32,000 bases of DNA from Faecalibaculum rodentium. Lineage in GTDB: Bacteria; Bacillota_I; Bacilli_A; Erysipelotrichales; Erysipelotrichaceae. Positions 15,382 to 23,117 of the stretch are shown in pieces (positions within the stretch are counted from its first letter, which is position 1; each line of letters starts with the position of its first letter). A program made the position numbers and the translations under genes. The stretch covers positions 1,470,001 through 1,502,000 of the forward strand of contig NZ_CP011391.1 of NCBI RefSeq assembly GCF_001564455.1. Reading direction: 5' to 3'. The notes below the pieces were generated by a model that was not told the DNA's origin, did no database searches, and saw only the letters and a program-made list of their open reading frames with translations.

Positions 15382-16788
15382 CTATTTGTCGTCTTCCAGA
15401 TCCTTCCAGTCGCTTTCCAGCTGGGCTTCGGTCTCCGAGGTATCGTATTCGTCGGATTCCATCTCCAGGCGGTTTTTCTGCTGTTCCTTCAGCCGGAGCC
15501 TGGCCATGAGCATCCGGGCCCGTTTCTTGGCATGCTTGAGCATCCGCGCATACTGGAGGAACACCACGAGGCAGATCACAAAGAGCACAGCACAGACGGC
15601 GATGCCCCAGAGATAGCCCTGGAATTCATACTGAAGGAAGGCGGTGATGAGGCAGCAGACCATGCAGATGAAGACCAGGAACATGGTGCTGCGGCAGGAG
15701 TTCGCGTATTTGCGGAAGAAGCGGTATTTCTCTTCTTCGTTGTCGATCACCTTTGGATATTCACCGGCTTCTTCCGGGTGCCGGAAGATGAACCAGCCGG
15801 CCTCCTTCTTCTTGCGGGCAGGAGCCTTGGAGACCAGTTGCCAGCCGTCTGCTTCCAGTCTGCGCCACTGGTCGTTGTCCGGTTCCTGCCGGAAGTAGTC
15901 GATGGAGTAGTAGTACTTCTGAGGTTCTCCCTTGGTGAAGTAATACTTGTGGCCAGTGTGACGGACATAATGATAGCCGTCTGCCGACTGCTCTGAGAGG
16001 TAGTCCTCAATGATGGGATACTGGCTCAGCAGGAAGTGTTTCTTGTCTTCGAACAGATCCGGCTCGTCATCATAATACTCGCCATCTTCGTCCTCTTCCT
16101 CTTCTTCGTCCTGATCCTCGTACTCATCTTCATCATCGTCTTCGTACTCGTCCTCTTCTTCGTCTTCGGAGTCCTCCTCATCCGCCTGGCCGGTGCCCAG
16201 CTGGGCCTGGGCGGTTTCTTCGGTGATTTCATCCATGAGGACATCTTCCGTGACAGTGGTCCTGGCCGAGGGTTCCGGTTCTGCGGCATCCGCCTCCTCC
16301 GGTTCTTCCTCGTTGTGGTCCATGAGGCTTTCTTCTGTCACGGCATCCATTTCAATGGTGGGCGCTTCCCCGGAATCCGGGCCTGCGCCGGTTTCTGTTT
16401 CCATGACAGTTTCCTCACTCACCGGTTCCTCCTGCGGCATCTGTGTCTGGAGCAGTTCGTCCACAGCCGGCGCCACATCTTCGCTGGAAGAGAACACCGT
16501 GGGTTCCGCTTCCTGTCCAGGTTCTTCCGTACACACGGCTTCTTCCTGGATTTCCTGTCCGTCGTCAAAAATCTCCCGGCGGATCCGGACCGTGGCCTTG
16601 CGCCTGGAGCGCTTGCCAAAGAGGGAGCGGCGGGGTTTTTCTTCTTCCTTCAGCTCGAAAATGTCCGAGGCATTGAAGGAGTGAAGCTCCGGTTCATTGA
16701 ATTGTATCTGGGAAATCCGGTCCTGCTGGGTGAGTTCTTCAAGCTCTTCCAGGCCGGCGTTTTTCTGGTTTTCAGGTTCCTGTGCCAT
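15382..16788 (-). CDS. DUF2812-type membrane protein with a ~270-aa hyper-acidic, low-complexity N-terminal extension
   Basis: The C-terminal ~190 aa, LSEQSADGYHYVRHTGHKYYFTKGEPQKYYYSIDYF...EADGWQLV...GWFIFRH...EEKYRFFRKY plus two TM helices, matches my recollection of the DUF2812 layout. The N-terminal part is D/E-rich (e.g. DEEDSEDEEEDEYEDDDEDEYEDQDEEEEEDEDGEYYDDE). Start set to the ATG at 16788 (RBS AGGGGG, with TATAAT upstream); the track start at 16875 lacks an RBS. Confidence 0.75.
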   Translation of the reverse strand: MAQEPENQKNAGLEELEELTQQDRISQIQFNEPELHSFNASDIFELKEEEKPRRSLFGKRSRRKATVRIRREIFDDGQEIQEEAVCTEEPGQEAEPTVFSSSEDVAPAVDELLQTQMPQEEPVSEETVMETETGAGPDSGEAPTIEMDAVTEESLMDHNEEEPEEADAAEPEPSARTTVTEDVLMDEITEETAQAQLGTGQADEEDSEDEEEDEYEDDDEDEYEDQDEEEEEDEDGEYYDDEPDLFEDKKHFLLSQYPIIEDYLSEQSADGYHYVRHTGHKYYFTKGEPQKYYYSIDYFRQEPDNDQWRRLEADGWQLVSKAPARKKKEAGWFIFRHPEEAGEYPKVIDNEEEKYRFFRKYANSCRSTMFLVFICMVCCLITAFLQYEFQGYLWGIAVCAVLFVICLVVFLQYARMLKHAKKRARMLMARLRLKEQQKNRLEMESDEYDTSETEAQLESDWKDLEDDK

Positions 16789-16890
16789 ACTGTACCCCCT
16801 AACTGTATCATTATAAATCATCGGGGAAGGCAATGCCACAGGATGCGTTTCGGGCTGCCCATGCCTGCTGCACACTATTGGTGTGCGTGC

Positions 16891-16919
16891 GCAAAAGGAT
16901 CCGGTTCTTCCGGATCCGC
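16891..16919 (-). terminator. Rho-independent terminator after the small membrane-protein gene
   Basis: Minus strand reads GGATCCGG-AAGA-ACCGGATCC followed by TTTTGCGC. Confidence 0.65.
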
Positions 16920-16968
16920 TGGTTTTGATTTCAGATACGCATGCCTGACCGGAGCCCGTTGACCAAAA

Positions 16969-17151
16969 TCAGCGGGCGTGCCGGAGAACGACGTTCAGCC
17001 CCAGGACCAGGGCGGCAACAAAAAACAGCACCTGCCCGACAAACAGAAAGACAGAAAGGCACAGCAGGGCGAGGATCACTTTCAGGACCAGGCTGCCGCC
17101 TTTTTTCAGAACCGCCAGTGACAGCAGGATCACCGCAGCTGCTTTCAACAT
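16969..17151 (-). CDS. Small hydrophobic protein (60 aa, two predicted TM helices)
   Basis: MLKAAAVILLSLAVLKKGGSLVLKVILALLCLSVFLFVGQVLFFVAALVLGLNVVLRHAR. A good RBS (AAAGGAG) lies 8 nt upstream of the ATG, and the gene has its own terminator. Confidence 0.55.
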   Translation of the reverse strand: MLKAAAVILLSLAVLKKGGSLVLKVILALLCLSVFLFVGQVLFFVAALVLGLNVVLRHAR

Positions 17152-17358
17152 AATGCAAACTCCTTTCGCACCTGCAGGATATGGCAGGTGGATGCCAAGC
17201 CATATGAAACGGCTTTCCTTTTCTGTCTACATCATACAGGAAGAGCGTCGTGTGAATCTTACGGTTTTGAAAAGGCTGTGTCCATACAGTCCGGCGCTGT
17301 ATATGCAGTTCACAGTCTCCATAAAATGTGAAACTCTCATAAAATGAAAGCCACGATT

Positions 17359-17386
17359 AAAAGGCCTCCTCTCGGGAGGTTTTTTA
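17359..17386. terminator. Bidirectional hairpin at the 3' end of the IS110-family transposase gene
   Basis: AAAAGG-CCTCC-TCTCG-GGAGG-TTTTTT has T-runs after the stem on both strands. Confidence 0.5.
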
Positions 17387-17411
17387 AATTTTCTGAATGC
17401 TTACATATTGT

Positions 17412-18833
17412 CTAAATCGTTGATATCGCTCCAGTTTGATATTCACATTGAGCAATTCCTATCTGGGCCAGTAACTGCTCTATCTTGTGTTTCATCTCAT
17501 CATCTGTATTCTGCAGCATCTCTACGATCTCTTTTGCGGTCCTGATAATTGCTGGAGCATCTGTTTCCTCTGCTGATGTCTCCATACTCTGTTCCCGCTC
17601 ACTCTGTTCTTTTTCCAATACCGCCGGGATCTGTTTCTTTCTCTCTTGGAAATATTCACCTGTCTGGAACATATGATAGGCAAGAACCATCATCTTTCTC
17701 GCAATCGCAATCAATGCGCGTTTTTTACCGCGTCGGGCTGCGATAGCCTCATACTTCCCCTTGAAATATGGGTGCTTCACTGCGTTCAGAGCACATTGAA
17801 TCAACACAGGCTTTAGATAATATCCGCCTTTTCCAATTTTGACCGATTTATGTTTGTTGTTGCTCTGATTGCTTTGAGGGCACAGTCCACACCAGCTTAT
17901 GAAGTGCTTCTCGTTCTTGAACTGTCCCATGTCTGTTCCTGTTTCGCTTAGTATCTGCATCGCCGAAAGCCCGGAGATTCCCGGGATGGAATCAAGCAAA
18001 TCAAGATAGGACTTGAATGGTTCGAGAATTTCCGTCATCATTTGTTCGTAGCGTTGGATTTGCGCAGTGAGTCGGTCAACTCTTTCATACGCATTTTCAA
18101 GCTCGAATTTCTGGACGGAGGAGAACTTTGCACCAGCGAATGCTTTGCGAAGTTCTTCTTCTTTTTCTTTGCGCTCTTTATGGGTGGAGAACCGCATGAT
18201 CCGGCAGCTTTTCCGTATCCGCTTTTTCACTTCCTCCAAATCCGGTTCCTCTGTCGTGAGCAGGTATTCGATCACACTTCGGGCCGACTCTCCTTCGATC
18301 CCGGAAAAAACAAGATCCATACGGATATTCGCTTCTGTCAGAATATTCCGGATCCTTCGGATCGTATCCCCTCTTTCCTGTACCAGTTTAGTTCTGGACC
18401 GTGAGAGCCTTCTGGATTCCCGAAGCTCCCGGACCGGGATATATGACTCTCTCAACAGACCGTTGGCCCCAAGTTCAGCGATCCAGGCACAGTCTTTCTG
18501 GTCCGTTTTTTGTCCGGCTATGGTCCGGACGTGCTTTGGGTTGACGATATGGGGTTTCAATCCCATTTCCTCACAGACATCAAAAACAGGGGTGGAATAC
18601 TTTCCGGTCGATTCCATATAAACATCTATCGGCCTGTCTTCCAGATCCGGAAGAGTTGTATAGATCCATTCACACATTGAGGCAAGATCTGAATGATTTG
18701 AGTCAAATTTTTTGGTGACGAACACAAGCCCGTCTTTCCCTTTGGCCGGATCTTTGAAGGTCACACAGGCCCAGACATTATTTCTATGGACATCCAAACC
18801 GACACAGACCGGTTTTCTGTTACGAACAGCCAT
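17412..18833 (-). CDS. IS110-family transposase (DEDD/RuvC-like N-domain + Transposase_20 C-domain)
   Basis: VCVGLDVHRNNVWACV carries the first Asp motif. The C-domain reads SIPGISGLSAMQILSETGTDMGQFKNEKHFISWCGLCPQSNQSNNKHKS...GKGGYYLKPVLIQCALNAVK...ALIAIARKMMVLAYHMF. At 473 aa it has an acidic C-terminal tail of about 80 aa beyond the usual end. RBS GAGAGGAG. Confidence 0.9.
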   Translation of the reverse strand: MAVRNRKPVCVGLDVHRNNVWACVTFKDPAKGKDGLVFVTKKFDSNHSDLASMCEWIYTTLPDLEDRPIDVYMESTGKYSTPVFDVCEEMGLKPHIVNPKHVRTIAGQKTDQKDCAWIAELGANGLLRESYIPVRELRESRRLSRSRTKLVQERGDTIRRIRNILTEANIRMDLVFSGIEGESARSVIEYLLTTEEPDLEEVKKRIRKSCRIMRFSTHKERKEKEEELRKAFAGAKFSSVQKFELENAYERVDRLTAQIQRYEQMMTEILEPFKSYLDLLDSIPGISGLSAMQILSETGTDMGQFKNEKHFISWCGLCPQSNQSNNKHKSVKIGKGGYYLKPVLIQCALNAVKHPYFKGKYEAIAARRGKKRALIAIARKMMVLAYHMFQTGEYFQERKKQIPAVLEKEQSEREQSMETSAEETDAPAIIRTAKEIVEMLQNTDDEMKHKIEQLLAQIGIAQCEYQTGAISTI

Positions 18834-18852
18834 GGTCGAAAACTCCTCTCAA

Positions 18853-19063
18853 ACAAAAAATGCCGGAGTGGAAGTTGATCCATCCATTGAACTTGTCGAG
18901 AAAAAAACCGACAGCCTATACAAAATGTTCAGAATATTCGTGATGAATTTCTACCCAGGGATACTATTTAGATCAACGGCGACTTATAAAAAAACAATCT
19001 CATGAAGACTGTGTGAGAAGTCCGCATGGAATAAATGTGTATCGTGCTCTCACCAGCTCCGGC
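18853..19063 (-). ncRNA. Candidate IS110 bridge (guide) RNA in the non-coding left end
   Basis: On the minus strand, GCCGGAG (19063-19057) can pair with CTCCGGC (18868-18862), which is followed by ATTTTTTG. This encloses about 190 nt with internal hairpins (GTGAGA/TCTCAC and TGTCG/CGACA) directly upstream of the transposase RBS. No covariation evidence is available. Confidence 0.3.
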
Positions 19064-19065
19064 AA

Positions 19066-19095
19066 GATAAATATAACAGGGGCCGGAACGGCCCC
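19066..19095 (-). terminator. Rho-independent terminator of the feo operon
   Basis: Minus strand reads GGGGCCG-TTC-CGGCCCC followed by TGTTATATTTAT. Confidence 0.65.
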
Positions 19096-19160
19096 ATCTA
19101 AGTTTCACTTATCCAAGGGTGGACCTCGCATGCGAGGTCCATGAATGAAAAAAAGAGGAA

Positions 19161-19364
19161 TCAGGACCATTTCCCGGCTGATTCCTCTTTCCTTTTGCGT
19201 TCTTTTTCTTCCCGGAGCTCACAGCGGATCTTTTCCCAGTCCACCTGCCCGCAATGGGCACAGTCACCGCTGCAGCCGGTTTTTTTCTTCCTGGATGCGC
19301 TGCGGAAAATCAGCGTCAGCACGAGTGTCAGAACAAGAAGGATCAGTATATCACCGGCGCTCAT
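19161..19364 (-). CDS. FeoB-associated Cys-rich membrane protein
   Basis: MSAGDILILLVLTLVLTLIFRSASRKKKTGCSGDCAHCGQ is one TM helix, a basic stretch and a CxxxCxxC motif, placed directly downstream of feoB. Start set at the ATG at 19364 (RBS GGAGGAGGTGAGAAA); the track ORF starts at 19406. Confidence 0.7.
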   Translation of the reverse strand: MSAGDILILLVLTLVLTLIFRSASRKKKTGCSGDCAHCGQVDWEKIRCELREEKERKRKEESAGKWS

Positions 19365-19430
19365 TTTCTCACCTCCTCCAGTTTCGGATAGTTCCTGCCG
19401 GAACACACATCCTGTCCCGGCGACAGCATT

Positions 19431-21611
19431 TTATTTTCCGGATTCCAGCGCCATGGCTGTATGGATCGTGTCATCCCTGCCACTGTATCCCTTCCGGAAC
19501 AGCAGGACCAGCAGCAGGCCCAGCAGGGCGAAGGCCACCACACTGAAGACGCTGAAAGTCACTTCCCCTGTGAACAGTCCGCCGATCTGGTACACGATGA
19601 GCGACACCACATAGGCGAATCCGCACATATAGCCAATGGAGGCCAGGGTCCATTTCCAGTTGTTCATCTCCCGCTTGATGGCACCCATGGCCGCGAAGCA
19701 CGGAGCGCACAGAAGGTTGAAGATCAGGAAACTCCATGCCGTGACGGCACTGAAATCCGCAGCCACCGCCGCCCAGATTTCGGTTCCTTCTTCGGAGACT
19801 TCGCCCAGCCCGGCATACAGCACTCCGAAGGTGTTGACCACTTCCTCCTTGGCAATGAGACCCGTGAATGTCGCCACGGTGGCTTTCCAGGCCATGTCTC
19901 CCGCCCATCCCAGGGGCACAAAGATCCATGCCAGCATGTGGCCCAGACCTGCCAGAAGCGAGACATTGTTGTCTTCCACCAGCGACAGCGATCCGTTGAC
20001 GATTCCAAAACTCTGCAGGAACCACAGAATGATGCTGCTGGCCAGAATCAGCGTTCCGGCGCGTTTGATGAACGACCAGCCTCTTTCCCATGTGGAAGCG
20101 AGCAGGCTGGTCAGTGTAGGCCAGTGATAGGCCGGCAGTTCCATGACAAACGGAGCCGGTTCTCCGGCAAATACCTTGAATTTCTTGAGGATGATGCCGG
20201 AAACCACGACCGCCCCAATGCCGATCACAAAGGCGCTTGTGGCCACCCAGGCGCTCTGGCCGAATACCGCTCCGGCAAAGAGGCCAATGATGGGCATTTT
20301 GGCGCCACAGGGGATGAAGCCCGTGGTCATGATCGTCAGCTTCCGGTCCCGGTCCTGTTCAATGGTGCGGCTGGCCATAATGCCAGGCACGCCGCAGCCT
20401 GTGACGACAAGCAGCGGAATGAAGCTCTTGCCCGAAAGGCCAAAGCGCCGGAACAGCCGGTCCATGATGAAGGCCACACGGCTCATGTAGCCGCAGTCTT
20501 CCAGTATGGAGAGCAAAAAAAACAGCACCAGGATCTGGGGCACGAAGCCCAGGACCGCGCCGACACCCGCCACAATGCCGTCCTGGATCAGCCTCGAGAG
20601 CACCTCGCCTACGCCCAGGGTTGTCAGCAGCGTTTCCACCCCATTGGGGATCCATTCCCCGAAGAGCACATCGTTGACCCAGTCCGTGCCCATGGTGCCA
20701 ATGGACACTACGGTTTGGCCCATGGCAATGGTATAGATCCCCCACATGATGAGCACGAAGACCGGCAGAGCCAGCCAGCGGTTGGTCACCACCCGGTCGA
20801 TTTTGTCCGACAATGACAGGCTGGAGGCCGTCGCCTTTTTCGTGAAGCACCCTGCCAGGATCCGCTCGATGTAATCGTAGCGCTGTGTGGTCAGGATCGA
20901 CTCTGCGTCATCGTCATACTCTTTTTCCACCTTTGTGACAATGGCTTCCAGCCTGCGGGTCTGTTCCGGATCCAGGTGCAGTTCTTCCAGCACCCGTTCG
21001 TCGCGTTCAAAGGCTTTCACCGCATACCAGTACAGCGACTGGGGCGGGACCTTGTCTGCTAGAAGCTTCTGGATTTCTTCAAGAGCCTGCACAACCTGCG
21101 GTTCGAAACTGTCCGGACAATGTCCTGTGGGCTGCGGCTTTGCCAGCTCGGCAGTCAGTTCATCCAGTCCCTCTTTTTTCAGGGCAGAAATCGAGATCAC
21201 CGGGCAGCCAAGCACGGCTGAGAGCTTTTTCAGATCCAGTGTATTGCCGCTGGCCCTGACCATGTCTGCCATGTTGACTGCCAGCACCACCGGCAGATTC
21301 AGTTCGAGCAGCTGTGTCGTGAGATAGAGATTGCGCTCAATGTTGGTGCCATCCACGATGTCCAGCACCATATCCGGCTGTTCCTTCACCAGATACGCCC
21401 GGCTCACGACTTCTTCCAGCGTGTAGGGTGACAGGGAGTAGATTCCCGGGAGGTCCTGAATCAGTATGTCCTCGTGATTTTTCAGGCGTCCTTCCTTTTT
21501 CTCCACCGTGACACCCGGCCAGTTTCCGGTATGCTGTCTGGAACCGGTCAGGGCGTTGAACAGCGTGGTCTTGCCGCTGTTGGGGTTTCCCGCCAGTGCA
21601 ATCGTCTTCAT
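19431..21611 (-). CDS. feoB: Ferrous iron transporter FeoB
   Basis: 726 aa. MKTIALAGNPNSGKTTLFNALTG is the G1 motif and DLPGIYSL is G3, followed by a polytopic membrane domain. Confidence 0.95.
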   Translation of the reverse strand: MKTIALAGNPNSGKTTLFNALTGSRQHTGNWPGVTVEKKEGRLKNHEDILIQDLPGIYSLSPYTLEEVVSRAYLVKEQPDMVLDIVDGTNIERNLYLTTQLLELNLPVVLAVNMADMVRASGNTLDLKKLSAVLGCPVISISALKKEGLDELTAELAKPQPTGHCPDSFEPQVVQALEEIQKLLADKVPPQSLYWYAVKAFERDERVLEELHLDPEQTRRLEAIVTKVEKEYDDDAESILTTQRYDYIERILAGCFTKKATASSLSLSDKIDRVVTNRWLALPVFVLIMWGIYTIAMGQTVVSIGTMGTDWVNDVLFGEWIPNGVETLLTTLGVGEVLSRLIQDGIVAGVGAVLGFVPQILVLFFLLSILEDCGYMSRVAFIMDRLFRRFGLSGKSFIPLLVVTGCGVPGIMASRTIEQDRDRKLTIMTTGFIPCGAKMPIIGLFAGAVFGQSAWVATSAFVIGIGAVVVSGIILKKFKVFAGEPAPFVMELPAYHWPTLTSLLASTWERGWSFIKRAGTLILASSIILWFLQSFGIVNGSLSLVEDNNVSLLAGLGHMLAWIFVPLGWAGDMAWKATVATFTGLIAKEEVVNTFGVLYAGLGEVSEEGTEIWAAVAADFSAVTAWSFLIFNLLCAPCFAAMGAIKREMNNWKWTLASIGYMCGFAYVVSLIVYQIGGLFTGEVTFSVFSVVAFALLGLLLVLLFRKGYSGRDDTIHTAMALESGK

Positions 21612-21856
21612 GCTGCCGCCTCCTGGGTGCTGCCGGCTTCCCGGACTTCAATCATGACTGCATCCGCTTTGCGCAGGCTCAGTTCATAGCCGCGAACCGT
21701 GAGCTCCAGCGGATCTCCCAGCGGTGCCACTTTCCGGATATACAGCCTGGTCCCCCTGGTCAGTCCCATGTCCATGATCCGGCGCTTGACGGCTCCCGAT
21801 CCGGTCAGTTTCGTGATCTCCAGCATGGCGCCGGGTGCGAACTCGTTCAGTGTCAT
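21608..21856 (-). CDS. feoA: FeoA family protein
   Basis: 82 aa. The SH3-like FeoA pattern is present: L.EL..G....I....G.G..RRIMDMGLTRGTRL.I.K.AP.GDP.E..VRGYELSLRK.DA..I.V. It overlaps the feoB start in ATGA. Confidence 0.85.
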   Translation of the reverse strand: MTLNEFAPGAMLEITKLTGSGAVKRRIMDMGLTRGTRLYIRKVAPLGDPLELTVRGYELSLRKADAVMIEVREAGSTQEAAA

Positions 21857-22080
21857 GCCTGTGCCTCCTGGACCATGATCCTTCTGGCCATGGAAGCGTC
21901 CAGTGCCAGGCGGCTGCCCTTGACCTCCACAATAAGATTTCCGGCAATTTCCTGCTTGACGGTCACCAGAGACTGAGGGGAAAAGCCCAGATCCGCCAGG
22001 TGGCTGCGCACCTTGAGCGGCCCGGATATCCGGCAGACTGTCATGGGTCTGTCTTTTTCTGCATACATCAGCGGCATCAT
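21853..22080 (-). CDS. feoA: FeoA family protein (second copy)
   Basis: 75 aa. V.RISG....RSHLADLGF.P...V.V........NLIVEVKGSRLALD..MA..I.V. RBS GGAAGGAGA. ATGA overlap with the downstream feoA. Confidence 0.8.
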   Translation of the reverse strand: MMPLMYAEKDRPMTVCRISGPLKVRSHLADLGFSPQSLVTVKQEIAGNLIVEVKGSRLALDASMARRIMVQEAQA

Positions 22081-22093
22081 ATGTCTCCTTCCG

Positions 22094-22145
22094 AATTAGC
22101 TTTCTCTAACTAATGTTAATATACACTAATTACGGTTAGATACAA
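22094..22145 (-). promoter_or_regulatory. Putative feo promoter (-35 TTGTAT, 16 nt, -10 TATATT) with TTAG/CTAA-rich dyads
   Basis: Minus strand reads TTGTAT-CTAACCGTAATTAGTG-TATATT-AACATTAGTTAGAGAAAGCTAATTCGG-AAGGAGA. Dyads are CTAA-N6-TTAG, TAAC-N4-GTTA and ATTAG-N10-CTAAT. Confidence 0.35.
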
Positions 22146-22377
22146 CAAACATCTTGGGAATGTCATCCCATTTTTCCGCTTTTTGGCCTTCCAGAAGCTG
22201 ATGATGCTCCAATTCCGGGACGAATTCATGTCTGATATGGAGACAGGACGCCATTCTGACCGCCGGGGATTCAAGCCGGGATTCCACCAGGACTGTGTGG
22301 TCATGACACGCCAGGGGCTTTTGAGCATCCGGCCGGCCCGATTACAGTATATGGATGCCGGACTCAGGAGGATGTCT

Positions 22378-22755
22378 ATGATTCTGGACGCCAAAATCAC
22401 CGGTACACACATTGAACTGCTTCATGAAGACAAAGCCCGGAAGAAAGCCGTGGAAATAGTGCCGGTACAGGCCCGGCACCGGAGTGACAGTGCGTTTCCG
22501 GCCGGTGCTGCCCTGATGGACGAACAGCCGGAATCTTCGGATATGTCACTGCTCATGAACCTGTCCCGGTCCTTTCTGCAGGATCTTTCCGAAGATCAGT
22601 TTGTGTACACGAGAAACCGGCACGGTGCCGCACTTTCCCTGCCTGGAGCATCAGAAATCGGCGAGAGTCTGGATGACGGGATCCATTCCCGGTTTCTATT
22701 TCCGGAAACTCTCAATACACTGTACCGGGCATTCTCCGAAGATCTGCAGCGATAG
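22378..22755 (+). CDS. Hypothetical protein (start uncertain)
   Basis: The plus ORF is open from 22183. AGGAGG lies 6 nt upstream of the ATG at 22378 (MILDAKITGTHIELLHEDKARKK...). No family recognised and the composition is only moderately protein-like. Confidence 0.3.
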   Translation: MILDAKITGTHIELLHEDKARKKAVEIVPVQARHRSDSAFPAGAALMDEQPESSDMSLLMNLSRSFLQDLSEDQFVYTRNRHGAALSLPGASEIGESLDDGIHSRFLFPETLNTLYRAFSEDLQR

Positions 22756-22773
22756 GCCAGCCGGTCAACATTC

Positions 22774-22938
22774 CTAAGCCTGATCCGGCTGCTCCGGGAC
22801 AAAAACCTCAAGCAGATCTGCGACCAGATCGTTTTCAGGTCGTCCTTCTGTCCGTTCGTGCTCATCCGACAGTAGCCGATGACCTTTCTGTGGGGCTGGA
22901 TCCACCGTGTGCCCGTCTCCTATGATCTTGTCCACCAT
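22774..22938 (-). CDS. Small hypothetical ORF (54 aa), start-stop coupled to the preceding one
   Basis: MVDKIIGDGHTVDPAPQKGHRLLSDEHERTEGRPENDLVADLLEVFVPEQPDQA. No family recognised. Confidence 0.25.
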   Translation of the reverse strand: MVDKIIGDGHTVDPAPQKGHRLLSDEHERTEGRPENDLVADLLEVFVPEQPDQA

Positions 22939-23117
22939 CAACTGCACTCATGGAATGGCATCTTCAAAAAAAACAGGTTCATGCAGGCATCGTTGAACAG
23001 GCTGGCCTCTTTCAGCGCCTTTTCCAGAAGTGAGCGCCATTGCTCATCGCTCAGGTGTTTTCGTGCATTACGCGAACCAGATTCAGGTGGTGCCCATTGT
23101 TTCTCTTCAGACTTCAC
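22938..23117 (-). CDS. Small hypothetical ORF (59 aa, below the track's apparent length floor; its shortest entries are 60 aa)
   Basis: A GTG start follows GGAAAGGAAACTGAAT. Translation: (M)KSEEKQWAPPESGSRNARKHLSDEQWRSLLEKALKEASLFNDACMNLFFLKMPFHECS. Its TGA overlaps the ATG of the next small ORF (TGATG). Confidence 0.25.
   Translation of the reverse strand: MKSEEKQWAPPESGSRNARKHLSDEQWRSLLEKALKEASLFNDACMNLFFLKMPFHECS

Larger units (their letters stand above)
17350..19065 (-). mobile_element. IS110-family insertion sequence (approximate limits; the family lacks classical terminal inverted repeats)
   Basis: A DEDD-type transposase gene is preceded by a ~230-bp non-coding 5' region and followed by a ~60-bp 3' region. 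The outer limits are bracketed by the feo terminator (19066-19095) and the hairpin at 17359-17386. Exact ends are not determinable from one copy. Confidence 0.6.

Noticed and set aside
15193-16962. 267-aa and 308-aa plus-strand ORFs (15193..15996 and 16036..16962)
   Set aside because: They are antisense to the DUF2812/acidic gene. The poly-F/L/V runs are the complement of the poly-D/E codons.
17153-17347. 64-aa plus-strand ORF between the small membrane-protein gene and the IS110 element
   Set aside because: It has no RBS and an unconvincing composition. It lies in the AT-richer promoter and IS-flank region.
19121-19140. Perfect hairpin GGACCTCGCA/TGCGAGGTCC just downstream of the FeoB-associated peptide gene
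   Set aside because: Neither strand has a U-tract after the stem. The proper terminator (19066-19095) follows. It may add RNA stability, but I do not call it a terminator.
19461-20816. 451-aa plus-strand ORF, plus several 100-200-aa ORFs on both strands inside 19431-21611
   Set aside because: All overlap feoB, whose identity is unambiguous. They are alternative-frame artefacts.
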